DNA of 64,000 nucleotides from Octopus bimaculoides (GCF_001194135.2 NC_069005.1:16116074-16180073); one strand, 5' to 3'; positions 1 through 12,679 are shown, counted from the first letter of the stretch. Numbers and translations are program-made. Notes: generated from the letters alone by a model not told the origin.

Positions 1-779
1 TACTGAGTCATGATTGGCCCAATTAGAGATCTATAACCAATAATATTATTGACTATTAAATGTGATACCAAATACAATAAAATAAAATGCTATGAAAAAT
101 ATGGATCAAAGATTACAGAGCAAGCTTTTGAAGTGTAACATATTGTCTTGTTAAAGGAGTTTCAAACTGTAGAATACTTGTTTCAGTCATTGGATGGCAA
201 CCATGCTGGGAAACTGTCTTGAAGGGTTTAGTCAAACAAATTGACTTGAAGACTTATTTTGTTCTATCTCTGATCAAACTGCTAAGTTACAAGTGGTGAT
301 GGCTGGACAAACACAAAGACACACACATATTCATATATATATACATATATATATTCTTTTATTCTTTTATTTGTTTCATTTATTTGACTGCAGCCATATT
401 GTAGCACCACCTTAAGGGGTCTTAGTCGAACAACTCTACCCCAGGACTTATTCTTTGTAAGCCTAGTACTTATTCTATCCGTTTCTTTTGCCGAACCACT
501 AAGTTACCAGGACATAAACACAGCAACATCAGTTGTCAAGTGATAGTGGTGATGGTCGCTGGACAAACACAGACACAAATACTCAAATATATATATATAT
601 ACATGATGGGCTTCTTTCAGTTTCCATCTACTAAATGCACTTACAAACGCTATAGTAGAAGACACTTGCCCAAGGTGCCACACAGTGGGACTGAAACCAG
701 AACCATGTTATTGCGAAGCAAGCTTCTTACCACACAGTCATGCTTTGACTTATTTATATATGTGTGTGTGTGTGTGTGT

Positions 780-1183
780 AAGAGATGAAAGCAGTAACTA
801 TACTGAGAAGTAATGTTTATCGCCACTTCAAAATGATTGTTCCATAGGAACCGACGTCACTGTTTTTAACCCCAAGAGGAGCCTCCTCCAGCTGATTATT
901 GATACAATCTGCACCCAATATATATTGCAAGTAGGGGAGCAAACCTCCCCACCGTCTTCTAGTGATGATGAGACTGTCCACCACTGAGGACAAGCACAAT
1001 TAACTTGAAACTGGACAGTCTGGTGGTCCTGTTATCACTAGAAGATGATAGGGGTTCACTCCCCTGCTTGCAATATATATTGGGTGCAGATTGCATTGAT
1101 AAGTAGTAACAGTAGTAACATTGGTTCTTATTGAAGTGGTGATAAACATTACTTCTCAGTATAGTTACTACTTTTCACCTCTT
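780..1183. mobile_element. Foldback MITE-like element with long inverted arms
   Basis: Outer arms gcagtaactatactgagaagtaatgtttatcgccacttcaa / reverse complement at about 1130-1183. Inner arms aatctgcacccaatatatattgcaagtagggga / reverse complement at about 1057-1093. Confidence 0.8.
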
Positions 1184-1592
1184 AGAGAGATTTTCTAACT
1201 AGCTACTTTGCTTACATAGATCATTATATATATATATATATATATATATACGTACATACATACACACACACACACATAGCTCATTGCTATGAGGTTGGAA
1301 GAACTAGATGATCTCACTCGCATACACACAGAGGCTTCCACACAGTCTTTGCTTGTTAAATTCACTTAGAAGCCACTGGTTAGCCCTGTACTACAATAGA
1401 AGATGCTTACCCTAACTGTTGTACAGTGAGACTGAACCTGAAACCATATGGTTGCAAAGTGAGCTTCTTAACCACACAGCCCATACCTCTGCCTATAAAG
1501 AAGTATCTAGAGATACTTTCAAAGAAACCTTTTAATTGACAACATTCATGGATTTATTTATGGATATTTAACACAGAATGAAAGAAATATAC

Positions 1593-1628
1593 CTGAGTGA
1601 AACAGAACCAAACTAATTTGTGCATCAT
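1593..1628 (-). CDS. Minus-strand gene exon (MMHKLVWFCFTQ); gene continues beyond it
   Basis: Acceptor tattag|ATG (weak tract, microsatellite-derived), donor CAG|GTATAT, 36 nt, phase 0-0. Confidence 0.5.
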
Positions 1629-1672
1629 CTAATATATATATATCTATATATCTATCTATCTATCTATCTATA

Positions 1673-1710
<38 letters not shown>

Positions 1711-2261
1711 CATACATACATACATACATACATGTACCAACACACACATGCAACAAATAACACACATACATACACCAATACACACATGCATATACACCAA
1801 CACACACATATCCAACAGCACACACATGCGACAACAGACACACCAACTAACAAACATAGACATGCCAACTTGCACCTTAACACACATGCACCAACAAACA
1901 CACATTAACTTATATATCAACAAACACACACACATACGTACACCTGAACCAACTGATGCATACACATCCACCTACCAACACACAAGCACCAACTACCACC
2001 CACACAATCACCAACTACCACTAACACACACACGCACCAATTAACACACACCCAACTAACATAAATAAAGAAAACAAACTTGGTGATGAGTCACTCAGTG
2101 AGAGATAAATCAAAGTTAAGTTTTTAAATTTAATAACTTGAAAGAGAAAACATTCGGAATCTTATGAAAATCTAATTAACTCTTTAGCATTTAAACCAGC
2201 TATACCCAACCAAAACATTCTGCCTGTTTAAGCAAAGTGTTCGTGGATGATTAAGGGGTTA

Positions 2262-2315
2262 GATGGGTACTGATGAAGGGACAAAAACTCCCGAAATATG
2301 GCATATATGCCCATT
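2262..2315 (+). ncRNA. Type I hammerhead ribozyme motif
   Basis: Stem I gatgggta/tgcccatt; CTGATGA plus extra A; stem II GGGA-caaaaac-TCCC; GAAA; stem III ATAT-ggc-ATAT; AUA cleavage triplet. Confidence 0.75.
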
Positions 2316-2632
2316 ACTGTTTTTCATCTTCAATTTCATTGCTTGTTTACATCTGACATCTCAGGTATGAAATGCCATAACAAAAATCAGGGCTAGTTAT
2401 AATTTCTATAGAACATCCAGAGAGAAAATCGTAACAAGTGATGTCTGTTTTATGTTCAAACTGGCCAGATCGAACATCTCATACCTACCCAACAATGTCA
2501 TCCTGAAAATATACCATCACATTATTAATGTGAATAAATAAGCATTACATAAGTGTGCTCAGCCAGGGTTTAAACTAGGAATGTAAAAACAACGTGACTA
2601 AATCCTGTTAGGGGTTTAAACTAGTGCCTTAC

Positions 2633-2647
2633 AAAATGTAATGGAGA
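2633..2647 (-). CDS. Minus-strand gene 15-nt microexon (SPLHF)
   Basis: Long pyrimidine tract ending ctgctacctctag|TCTCCATTACATTTT|GTAAGG, phase 0-0. Confidence 0.55.
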
Positions 2648-2876
2648 CTAGAGGTAGCAGTGTAGGGGGAAAAATAAAATGAAAAAGAGTAAATATTTCC
2701 AGCGAATACAAACACCCAATACTTTGTAACAAACATGTCCTCAATACATAGGTACAGAATGTAAAGTGAAGTGAAGTGGTTGGTACTGAATGCAAATACT
2801 CGCATCACCATCACCCCCACCCCCACATGACCAGTCTGAAGTAGGTTAATTATCATGGTATCTATTTCCGCTCTAC

Positions 2877-3019
2877 CTGCGAGAGAGAATCTATTAAAAA
2901 ATTACTTTCAATAAAATGATAGTTCACTTCAGTTACTAGACTTTCTGCTTCTTTCAAACTTCCATTGAACGACAAAGTAATTTTTTTAGGGCAGTAATAG
3001 GTGACTATAGCAGCAACAG
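2877..3019 (-). CDS. Minus-strand gene exon ((T)VAAIVTYYCPKKITLSFNGSLKEAESLVTEVNYHFIESNFLIDSLSQ)
   Basis: Acceptor ttctttcttttaaatgttgatactacag|CT, donor CAG|GTAGAG, 143 nt, phase 1-0, open frame. Confidence 0.75.
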
Positions 3020-3723
3020 CTGTAGTATCAACATTTAAAAGAAAGAATGACAAGTTACTGGCAAGATGTTCTCTTACACACAATACTCCTCTATCTATCT
3101 GTATACATACTTGGAAAAAATCAATAGTTACTTATAAACATTTGTATACCTTAACACTGTTTGTTTGTAGATAGATAGATGGATAGATTTTACTTGTTTT
3201 AGTCATTAGACTGTGGCCATGCTGGAACACTGCCTTGAAGAGTTTTTAGTCAAATGAATCAACCCCAATACATTTTTTTTTTTTTGAGCTTGGTACTTAT
3301 TTTATCGGTCTGTTTTGCTGAAATGCTAAGTTACAGGAATGTAAACACGCTAACACCAGTTGTCAAACAGTTGTGGGAGACAAACAAAAACACACACACA
3401 CACACAGATATATACATACAATGGGCATCTTTTGGTTTCCATCTAACAAAACCACTCCCAAGGCTTTGGTCAGCTCACTGCCATGCAGTGCGACTGAACT
3501 TAGAACCATGAAGTTGGGAAGCAAGCTTCTTAACACACAGCCATGTTTTATATATGACTATCCACTAAACAACTATGACCAAACTGCACAAACAATGTCT
3601 TCAATGAGAAATAGTCCACGAGCATCACGTGTCTAGTGGCCTAATTCTGATACATGGCTTTCTATCAATAAATTAGTACTAATAAAGCTCAGTGCGTCAA
3701 TAATGCCCAGGGACCAATAATAC

Positions 3724-3787
3724 TGCTAAGACAGGCCCTGTGTAGAAAGTACCAAAATGTTTTCTTAGAAAGTTTGTTCATAGAATT
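3724..3787 (-). CDS. Minus-strand gene exon (NSMNKLSKKTFWYFLHRACLS)
   Basis: Acceptor ttttgatactag|AAT, donor AGC A|GTATTA, 64 nt, phase 0-1. It bridges the phases of the 12612 and 2877 exons. Confidence 0.6.
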
Positions 3788-4024
3788 CTAGTATCAAAAC
3801 ACAATTGTTTAAAGTGTTGTTGTTTTTTATATTTTTTCCTTTAAATTTTATCTGGCAGTTAACCAGAAGTAAAGGAATTATAGCATTAAGTTCATTTTAA
3901 AATAATATTGAAAGGATAAAGAAAAAAAATCAATGAATTTCTAAGTTCTCCAATCACATTTTCTGAATTCCGTTGTGAAAGTTTTAGTTTCATTCTAGCA
4001 ATTTTAAACAAGCATTCAAGAACA

Positions 4025-4440
4025 AATAAAACTAAAAATATTTAAAAACTAAATCAATGTGGGGGTGCAGTAAGAAGCTTACTTCCCAACCATATGATTC
4101 TAGGTTCAGTTCCACTGTGCGGCATCTTGGACAAGTGTCTTCTACTATAGCCTCAGGCTGACCAAAGCCTTGTGAGTGGATTTGGTAGACAGAAACCCCC
4201 AAAAGCCTGTCATATATATATATATGTATCTGCTTTTGTATTTATGTTTGTCCTGTCAGCACTTGACAACCAGTGTTGGTATGTTTACATCCCCATAACT
4301 TAGCAGTTTGGCAATAGAAACTGACAGAATAAGTACTAGGTGTAAACAAAAAATAAGTATAGAGGGGTAATTCATTCAACTAAAAATTATTCAAGGTGGG
4401 ACCCCAGCATGGTTGCAGTCTAAGGACAGGAAAATTTTAA
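4025..4440 (+). repeat. Representative of the dominant bipartite SINE (tRNA-like head, microsatellite, conserved tail); dozens of copies in the window
   Basis: Head gtaagaagcttacttcccaaccat...ggttcagttcc (B box) and tail ...cagcatggttgcagtc. Other copies include 16600-16760, 29600-29950, 30230-30620, 35980-36350 and 48960-49320. Confidence 0.9.
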
Positions 4441-4524
4441 TTTCATGACCAACTGAATTTTGTAAAAAAAAAAATCAAAGAACAGATAAATGGAAGAGAT
4501 TTACATACACGTAATTTATATATG

Positions 4525-4616
<92 letters not shown>

Positions 4617-5165
4617 CATCATCATTTAAAGTCTGCCTTCTATGCTAGCATGGTAGGACTTGTATGTATATATATATACATATATATATATAAACGAGGG
4701 TGCATGGCCTAGTGGTTAGGGTGTTGCACTCACAATTGCAAGATCAGGATTTCAATTCCTAGACTGAATGGTGCATTGTGTTCATCAGCAAAACATTTCA
4801 TTTCATGTTGTTTTATGATCGTTTTGACATCTGATGTGTGATGCACCATGCACCTGTTCAGGTAACATCAATTTGATGGAGGGAGTGAGCTAATGTGCAG
4901 CACATATATTTGATCACTACAAACAAATCATTTGCGCAGGTTGTTCAGAAAAACTGAATGTTCGTACATTGTCTTCGATAGTAGAGATTTCATCATATAT
5001 ACACATATATATAAGTTGTAATAATAACGTCAAACCAAACAGTATGGTCCAGACTCGACTTATGTGGATACTCTCACAATGATCTGCAGTAGTTTGTTAT
5101 ATTTGACTCAAGTCGAAAATTCTGATACCATACACTGCTTTTAAGTGTAATATGAATTCAGTTGT

Positions 5166-5250
5166 ATATATTCTAAAATTGGAATGATACAGAGAAGATT
5201 AGCATGGCCCTGAACAAGGATGCAAATTTGTGAAGCATTCCATTCTTTTT
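5166..5250 (+). pseudogene. U6: U6 snRNA pseudogene, 5'-truncated
   Basis: tatattctaaaattggaatgatacagagaagattagcatggccctgaacaaggatgcaaatttgtgaagcattccattcttttt matches U6 (ACAGAGA box, AGC triad, 3' U tract). The 5' stem-loop is missing and there is a small internal deletion. Confidence 0.9.
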
Positions 5251-5564
5251 ATGCTGGGCCTCACTGAGGAAATGACAAGGGAAAGTCTTATGAGTGGATT
5301 TGGTAGATGGAAAGTGTAAGAAGCCCATTATATATATATGTGTGTGTGTGTGTCCTCCTACATTGCTTGACATCTGGTGTTGATGTGTTTACATCCCTGT
5401 AACTTAACAATTCAGCAAATGAAACTGATAGAATAAGTACTAGGTTTAAAACAAAACAAGTCCTGGGGTCAATTTGTTTGACTAAAACCCTTCAAGGTGG
5501 TGTCCCAACATGGCTGCCATCAAAACGACTGAAGCAAGTAAAAGATTAAAAATGCATGTATGTA

Positions 5565-8390
5565 CTTTAGGGGTCTTGAATAAACATCTACCGCTTGTTA
5601 ATTTTTCAAGTTTTTTTCCACCCCCCACCACTTTTATTCCCATCCCTGCTTATTAATTTTTCAGATTGTGAATCAGCATGACAAAAAAAAAAAATTTTTT
5701 TAAAAAACAGATGACAAGAATGGGAAGAAAACCTAGAGTGTTCTATTTGTTTTCATAATGCATGAGAAAAAAAAAATATTTATCCACAGTATATGTAGTC
5801 AATGTCCATGCAGGTGAGCTTTCAACATTTTAAGGCATTGATAACCTTCAACCCTAAGAAGATCACTCATTTCAAGACACAACACACTTGCTTCAGGACA
5901 CACAGAAAACAAGGAAATTGCTGTCAGAAAATATGCTTTACAACCAGCCAGAGTTCATAAAAACTTGAGGCTGGACAACTGCCCCAGTCTGTAACATACA
6001 TGTGAATTTACTGCTTCTCCACACTGTAGTCAACAAATCATCATTTTCAATTTCTCTACCATCACAAATTCCATGCAAACTAAGAACTTCAACAACGAAC
6101 TGTTTATCCCAACAGGACAAGCTTTTTACAGGATAAAGATTTAACAACATCAACATAATTCAAGCAATTTCTCTTTGAACTTTTTTCATAAGATCACGGC
6201 AGAGAAAAGAGTATTTTGTATGGAAATTATTCTATAGAAGAAAAGCAAGCACTTGCTATCGTGGTGAACAAATGCAAAGAGAAGTACGATTCTGAATTAG
6301 AATGAATGAAAGGGAATACTCATTGGGATACTAAAAGGAAACGCTGTGTTCCAGACACCCCCAAAACAAGGATATCTTGCCAAAGCAGTTCATTTGTTTT
6401 ACTCGAATTTCACCAATGTCAAAAACTCTGATCAACAATTCAATTCTGCTGTTAAAGGAGCCAAATGCTGCTATGAAAAATATCTGAAAGGTGAACTTGA
6501 CAATGCTGAAAAAAATCCAAACAAACGTTTCAGAGTCGCTGGAGGAGGTCATAAAACAAAAGCACCAGGCTGAGAAATTTTATGATGAGTCACCAACTGA
6601 GGAAAAGCTTTGTTTTTCAAAAAGCTGGATGAAAGGTTGGCAAAAAGAGTATGGGGTATCATTGAGATTTCCTAACAAATGCATTTCAATCTCCAAGGAA
6701 CAATGTGTTGAGCGCATTCAGGATCATTTGAAGAACATATGGAGTGTGTGTCGTTATTTCCTTGACAAATTTGATGTAGATCAAATGCCCTTGCACCAGA
6801 ATGAAAGTAGCATACAAACTACCTTATCATTCAGAAATCAAGATACGTTCATCAAAGAAAACCACCATTTGTCTAGGGAACATATCACAGTGTTCACCCA
6901 GGTTAGCAATGATATCAAAATCAAGCTTATCCCAGAGTTTGTATTTAAAGGAACTGGAAAAAGACCACACCTACTGAATGCCCTGCCTACAATGAAATAT
7001 CAATGGTCTCCTAAAGGTTCTTATGGATTAGAACAGCTGTTCTGTACTATGGAAAAACTTTGAAATCGATTCAATATGTTGTCACATGCAAACTTTGCCA
7101 TTTATGTGCTCAATGATTACATGGTGCATTTGATGCCGAAGGTGAGAGATGCCCTCTGGAAAAGGGGTTATGTACTAGTCATCATCAGCAGTGGTATCAC
7201 CGGATTTGTTCAAGTTAATGACACACACTTGCACATGCAACTGAAAGCAAAATATTGTGAAATAGAGAAAGCAAAGTTAGTTCAAACCCCAAATAAAATA
7301 CCCACGCCCAATCAATCTGAGATGATGCAGATGCTACATTAAGCACATGAAGATTGCAAGATTAATGTCAAAGCTGCTTTCAAGTTGATGCAGGCCACAA
7401 ACGCTTTTGATGGCTCTGAAGATTATAAGGTGTCAGACTGAATCATGCACTTTGTCAGTTCGTCAATGCGAGAGTTTTGTCTAGAGATGATGTGAAAATT
7501 CTACCCAAATACTATTCAGAGAGTCATTAAGAACTTCATTCCACCGAAAGGAGTCAAGCATGCAAACAATATTGAAGGCTCAGAACTATTGATGGTGAGG
7601 GCTTTGAGGAAAAAGCTGCCAAAAGTGAGTCGGAAGATGAAAGCAAGCCATCTGGGAATCTTTTGGAGGTTATTGACCAATCTGGAGAAATCCCCATGGA
7701 GGTTTCACGGAAGCTAAAGCATGGTCAGCCAAACATGATGACAGGAAGCTCTATTTCTTTTTTAGGACTCAGCAGTGATGATCAGGTTAATAAAGATGCC
7801 CTGTTCCTTGAAAAAATACAGAAGGTGTTGGATGAAAACAAGACCTCTACACTTTTCTTGCCATAGTGAAGCTTGGCAATCCATGAAGAAGCAAACATTG
7901 AAACCAAGAAACCTGCAGAAAGACAGTGACGAAAAATCATGAGTCTATCATTTAAACCCATTTACAGACTACTATGTTTTATTATGTATAGTATAATAAA
8001 TACTACAAGTTCACGAAACAGTAATTACACTCTTTTCATTGTTTTACTTCCCTTTCTTTTTAAGACATTTTGCTTGTATCAATATCTATTTAGTCCACAG
8101 CATTTTTAAAAAATCCCATAATTACCATGATTAACAAATGTCTAATTCTTATTATCCTAATGTATATCTTAACTAAAGTGAACATTTGAAGCACACATAT
8201 GTGCTAATTTCACTTACCGCTTGTAAATTACTTTTGCTTCGTTGTGTCGTTATATGTGCTTTAAGATGCTTTTTTCCTAATTTTTGTACATACACTATAC
8301 AGTTACTGATTCCCACCCACTCCTCTTTATTCCAGCCCACCCGCTTATTCCAACACCCCTCCCGCTATTATTTGGGACTCAAGAAGTAAC
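5565..8390 (+). mobile_element. Decayed pogo/Tigger-family DDE transposon
   Basis: Frameshifted ORFs 6346-7342 with DQMPL, FVFKGTG and GITGFVQVND(THLH) pogo DDE_1-type motifs. Ends resemble TA-flanked TIRs (...tttgggactcaagaagta), and a second similar end lies at about 8510-8558. Confidence 0.75.
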
Positions 8391-10100
8391 TGGTCTTTTA
8401 AAAAAATCAAGGGAGACAACCTAGAAAAAATTTGAAATTTTATACGGTTACCACTATACAATTGCCGGTTTCCAACCCCACTGGTTATATGAATTTAAGC
8501 AAATGTCTAACCCACCTGCTTATTCAACCCCCACCCCTATTATTTGGGACCTGAGAGTATGTATGTATAGGAAATAAGTGGCGGTGGGGTTATGGAAGTA
8601 ATAGTATAGTGAAAGCTATTCAGTGACAAAAGAAATAATTATGATATAACTTCAAGCTGTGAAATATCAATGTGGCTGCAGATTTCAAATGTCATGTGGA
8701 AACATAAGATGAAATGCATTTAATTCAAATATAAATTATTGTAGTTTCAAATTCAGGCACAAGACCTGAAATTTGGAGGAAAAAGTAGGGATTGGGGAGG
8801 AGGGGATTAATCGATTAAATCGTCCCTGGTATTTGGCTAGTATTTTATTTTATTAATAATTCTGCAGGGATGAACATATTTCAGCAAGATCTGAGCTCAG
8901 AATGTAAAGAGCTAGAACAAATAATGCAGTCATTTCATCTGACACTAACAATGCTACTAATCTACCAGCTTTATAACAGTAATTATTATTATTATTATTG
9001 GCAAAATTGTAGCATGCAGGGCAAAATGCTTAGTCACATTTTGTCCATCATTACATACCGAGTTCAAATACTGCCAAAGTTGACTGTGCCTTTCATCCTT
9101 TTTTTGGTGAGAGGTTGATAAAATAAGTACAAGTTGAGGTCACTGTAATCAACTTATGCCCTCCCTTGAACTTGCTGGCCTTGTGCCAAAATTTTAAATG
9201 ATTATTATCATTATTACTAAGGCAGTAAGCTGGCAGAATTGTTAGCATGCCAGGCAAAATTCTTACTGACATTTTATCCATCCTTATGTTTTGAGTTCAA
9301 ATTCCGCCAAAGACAACTTTGCCTTTCATCCTATCAGGGTCAATCAATTAAGTACCAGTGAAACACTGGTGATCAATCTAATCGACTAGTCCCCTCCCAC
9401 CAAATTTTAGGCTTTGTGCCTTTAGTAAAAAGGATTATTATTATTATTGAAAAGTAATGTTTGTTGCCACTTCAACATGACTGTTCTGTTAATTCTCACA
9501 AGGACACCCCCATCCCAACCGCAAAATAGTAGCATAATGATACTTCTTAAGCAATAAAATAAGTTGAGTAAACAAAATATATATACACATATGCCTTACT
9601 GGCACTTGTGCCGGTGGCACGTTAGAATATCATTCGAGCGAGGTCGTTGCCAGTGCTGCTGGACTGGCTCCTGTGCAGGTGGCACGTAAAAAATAGCATT
9701 TTGAGCGTCACCATTGCCAGTACCATGTGACTGGCCCTTGTGCCGGTGGCATGTAAAAGCACCAACTACACTCTCGGAGTTAGGAAGGGCATCCAGCTGT
9801 AGAAACTCTGCCAGATCAGATTAGAGCCTGATGCAGCCATACGGTTCACCAGTCCTCAGTCAAATTATCCAACCCATGCTAGCATGGAAAGCGGACGTTA
9901 AGCAATGATGATGATGATGATGACATAGGTGCAGGCGTGACTATGTGGCAAGAAGTTTGCTTCCCAACCACATGGTTCCAGGTTGAGTCCCACTGTGTGA
10001 CACCATGAGAAAGTACCTTCTCCTATAGCCTCAGGCCAACCAAAGTCTTGTGAGTGGATCTGGTAAATGGAAACTGAAAGAAGCCTGTCATATATATGTA

Positions 10101-11382
10101 CTGGTTCATCCCATGAATAATGTGGGGTTTTTTATACTTCTTTTATTTTTCAAAATTAAGAAAAACAAAGTTTTTTTTTAATCTAAATATATTCTCCATT
10201 TTCTACAATGCTCTTCCATCTATCTGGTAGACTTGCAAGATCCCTTTTCCAAAATTCAATTGTCTGTGATGAAAAATATTCCTCCAGTACTGTTCTGATC
10301 TCATATACAGAATTCATATTTTTTCCATCCAAATGATTTTGAAGACTGTGGAATAAATGATAATCAGATGGGGCAATGTCTGATGAATATGGTGGGTGGG
10401 GAATCGTTTTCCCAATCAAACTGCTTCGGCCTTTGGAATGACATCCTTGCTGCATGTGGCAGAGCATTATCCTGATAGAAGAGCACCTTTCGTCTTGAAA
10501 CTGAAGATGGTGTTTTTCTTCTAACGCTGACGAAAGCCGCTCAAGCTGCTTACAGTAGATCTCCTTTGTTATCATTTGGTTTGGGTTTAAAAGTTCAAAG
10601 TGGACTAAACATGTCATATCCCACCAAACAAGATAACACCTTATGTGGGTGAAGACCTTCTTTAGCCTGGGGTGCCAGTATTTCTCCTTTCCCTACCCAT
10701 TGTCTTCGGCGCTTGACATTTTTATAAAGAACCCATTTCTTGTCACCAGTCACTATTTGGTCCAGAAAAGGTTCATTCATGAGATGTGACAGCAGAGAAG
10801 AGCACACATTCACTCTCTGTGTGAGATTAGAGTGGGAAAGTTTGTGAGGAACCTATTGACCCAATTTGCTGACTTTTCCGATGGCATGCAGGTATCAATG
10901 AATGGTTGAATGACCAAATCCAATCTTCTCTGCCAGTTCCTCAACAGTTACGATGGGATTTTGTTCCACCAGGGTTTGCAGGATGTCCTCATCAAACTCT
11001 ACAGATCTTCCAGGACGAGGCTCATCTTCTAGATTGTAGCTTCCATCTCGAAATTTCTGAAACCACTGTTGACACTGGCTTACACTAATTGTCCAATTTC
11101 CATATACTACATTAATATTCCACACACTTTCCGTTGTGTTGTTGACTTTATTGAACTCATAAAGCAAAATATGTTGAATATGTTCCTTTGTTACTTCCAT
11201 AATAGCTTTGAAAAAATAACTGTTAAAATTGAACTGCACTCTTCAAAACTTGCACTAAGAATAAGGACAAGATAAAATTACTACCAGCTTTTATAGCAAA
11301 TTGACGCAGGTAGTTTATCCTGTCCCTCTTTGACTTTTAGTTCATGCAATTGAAAAAACTGCATTATTTATGGGATGACCCA

Positions 11383-11383
<1 letters not shown>
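10101..11383 (-). mobile_element. Full-length (~1.28 kb) decayed mariner transposon
   Basis: TIRs (c/t)tgg(g/t)tcatcccat(g/a)aataatg at both ends with TA TSD. Frameshifted transposase pieces EDEPRPGR, IVTGDKKWVLY, PHPPYSSDIAPSDYHLF. Inserted in the TA tract of a SINE. Confidence 0.92.
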
Positions 11384-11440
<57 letters not shown>

Positions 11441-11656
11441 TTGTCTCCCACTTACTGCTTGACAACCGGTGATGGTGTGTTTACGTTCCTGTAACTTAGA
11501 AGTTTGGTTTGGCGAAAGTGAGCAATAGAATAAGTACCAGGCTTTAAAAAAATAAGCACTGGGATTAATTTTGGGGGGACTAAAAATTTTTAAGGTGGTG
11601 TCCCAGCCTAGCCACAATCTGAAACAAGTAAAAGATACACATATGACATACATACA

Positions 11657-11708
<52 letters not shown>

Positions 11709-12611
11709 AATACATATACATACACCACACACACACACACACATATTTATAGGTTCTGACATCAACACAAGGCCACATATTTGAAGCATAGTAGCATATA
11801 GGTAATCCAGCCCTAGTATATTACTAATTACTTATTCTACAAGCCCAACACACACACACACACACTCCAAGAGAAGAAAGCCAAAGTTGTTTCCACCAGG
11901 ATTTGAACCCTGAACCTAAAGAAACAAAATTACTGTACAGCATTTATTAAAAGCAGTGCTTTGCAATTTCTACACTCAGTGGCTTTAATAAAACAATTAT
12001 CTACAGGGCACAAAACTAAAAGTTTCCTCAAGTCAGAAAAATTGTTTAGTTGTGATGTTCATGCCTCTCTTCAACACAGTACCAAGATAACCGCCAAGTG
12101 GATGCAGAAAGAAAAAAAGAAAACGTAAAACTCACCCACTAGAAATACGTTAGGATATAAAACTAATTAACAAAGAATAGAATAGCAGCATTAAGTTCCG
12201 TATCAATAACGTGCGTATTTAAGTCAAGCTTAAGTGACTAACTTTTATTCAGCCGTTGATCAGAAGTTTACTTCAGGAGGGAGCTGCGCATTTCTTGGCA
12301 ACGAGAGCTTCTACATAGTCGTTCAACCTGCTCAAAACAGCAGTCAAATCTCTCAAAAGCATACACTACTATTATAAAAAGGAAGGAAAAGTATGTTAGA
12401 TAATAATAGTATGTATAGTCCTACTTACTCTCTTCCTACACACACACACAAATGCCAAGCTAGTTACGGTCAGAATGCTTTTGATCATAGGTAGGTCTGC
12501 GCGATCAAGGTTGACCCGATGCCAAACAGCTACTTATTTCTCCACAGATTACTAATTAAGCACAAGGTAAAAAAAAAAGACTTCTACATTAAAAATAAAG
12601 ATCAGCCTTAC

Positions 12612-12679
12612 CTGTAACGAAGCTTGTCCATGCTCCTTTTTGTGTATGGAGTCGGATCGTAACACTACACATTCCATAG
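12612..12679 (-). CDS. Minus-strand gene exon ((A)MECVVLRSDSIHKKEHGQASLQ)
   Basis: Acceptor tttttttatcacctgctgtcag|CT, donor CAG|GTAAGG, 68 nt, phase 1-0, matching the previous exon. Confidence 0.75.

Noticed and set aside
1660-2044. ORFs rich in YI/CV/HT repeats here and at 11342-11789, 28564-28821, 45553-45930, 62126-63588
   Set aside because: Translations of TA, CA and CATA microsatellites, not genes.
4696-4790. tRNA-like A/B box sequences here and at many SINE heads (for example 11880-11930)
   Set aside because: No complete cloverleaf; these are SINE heads, not tRNA genes.
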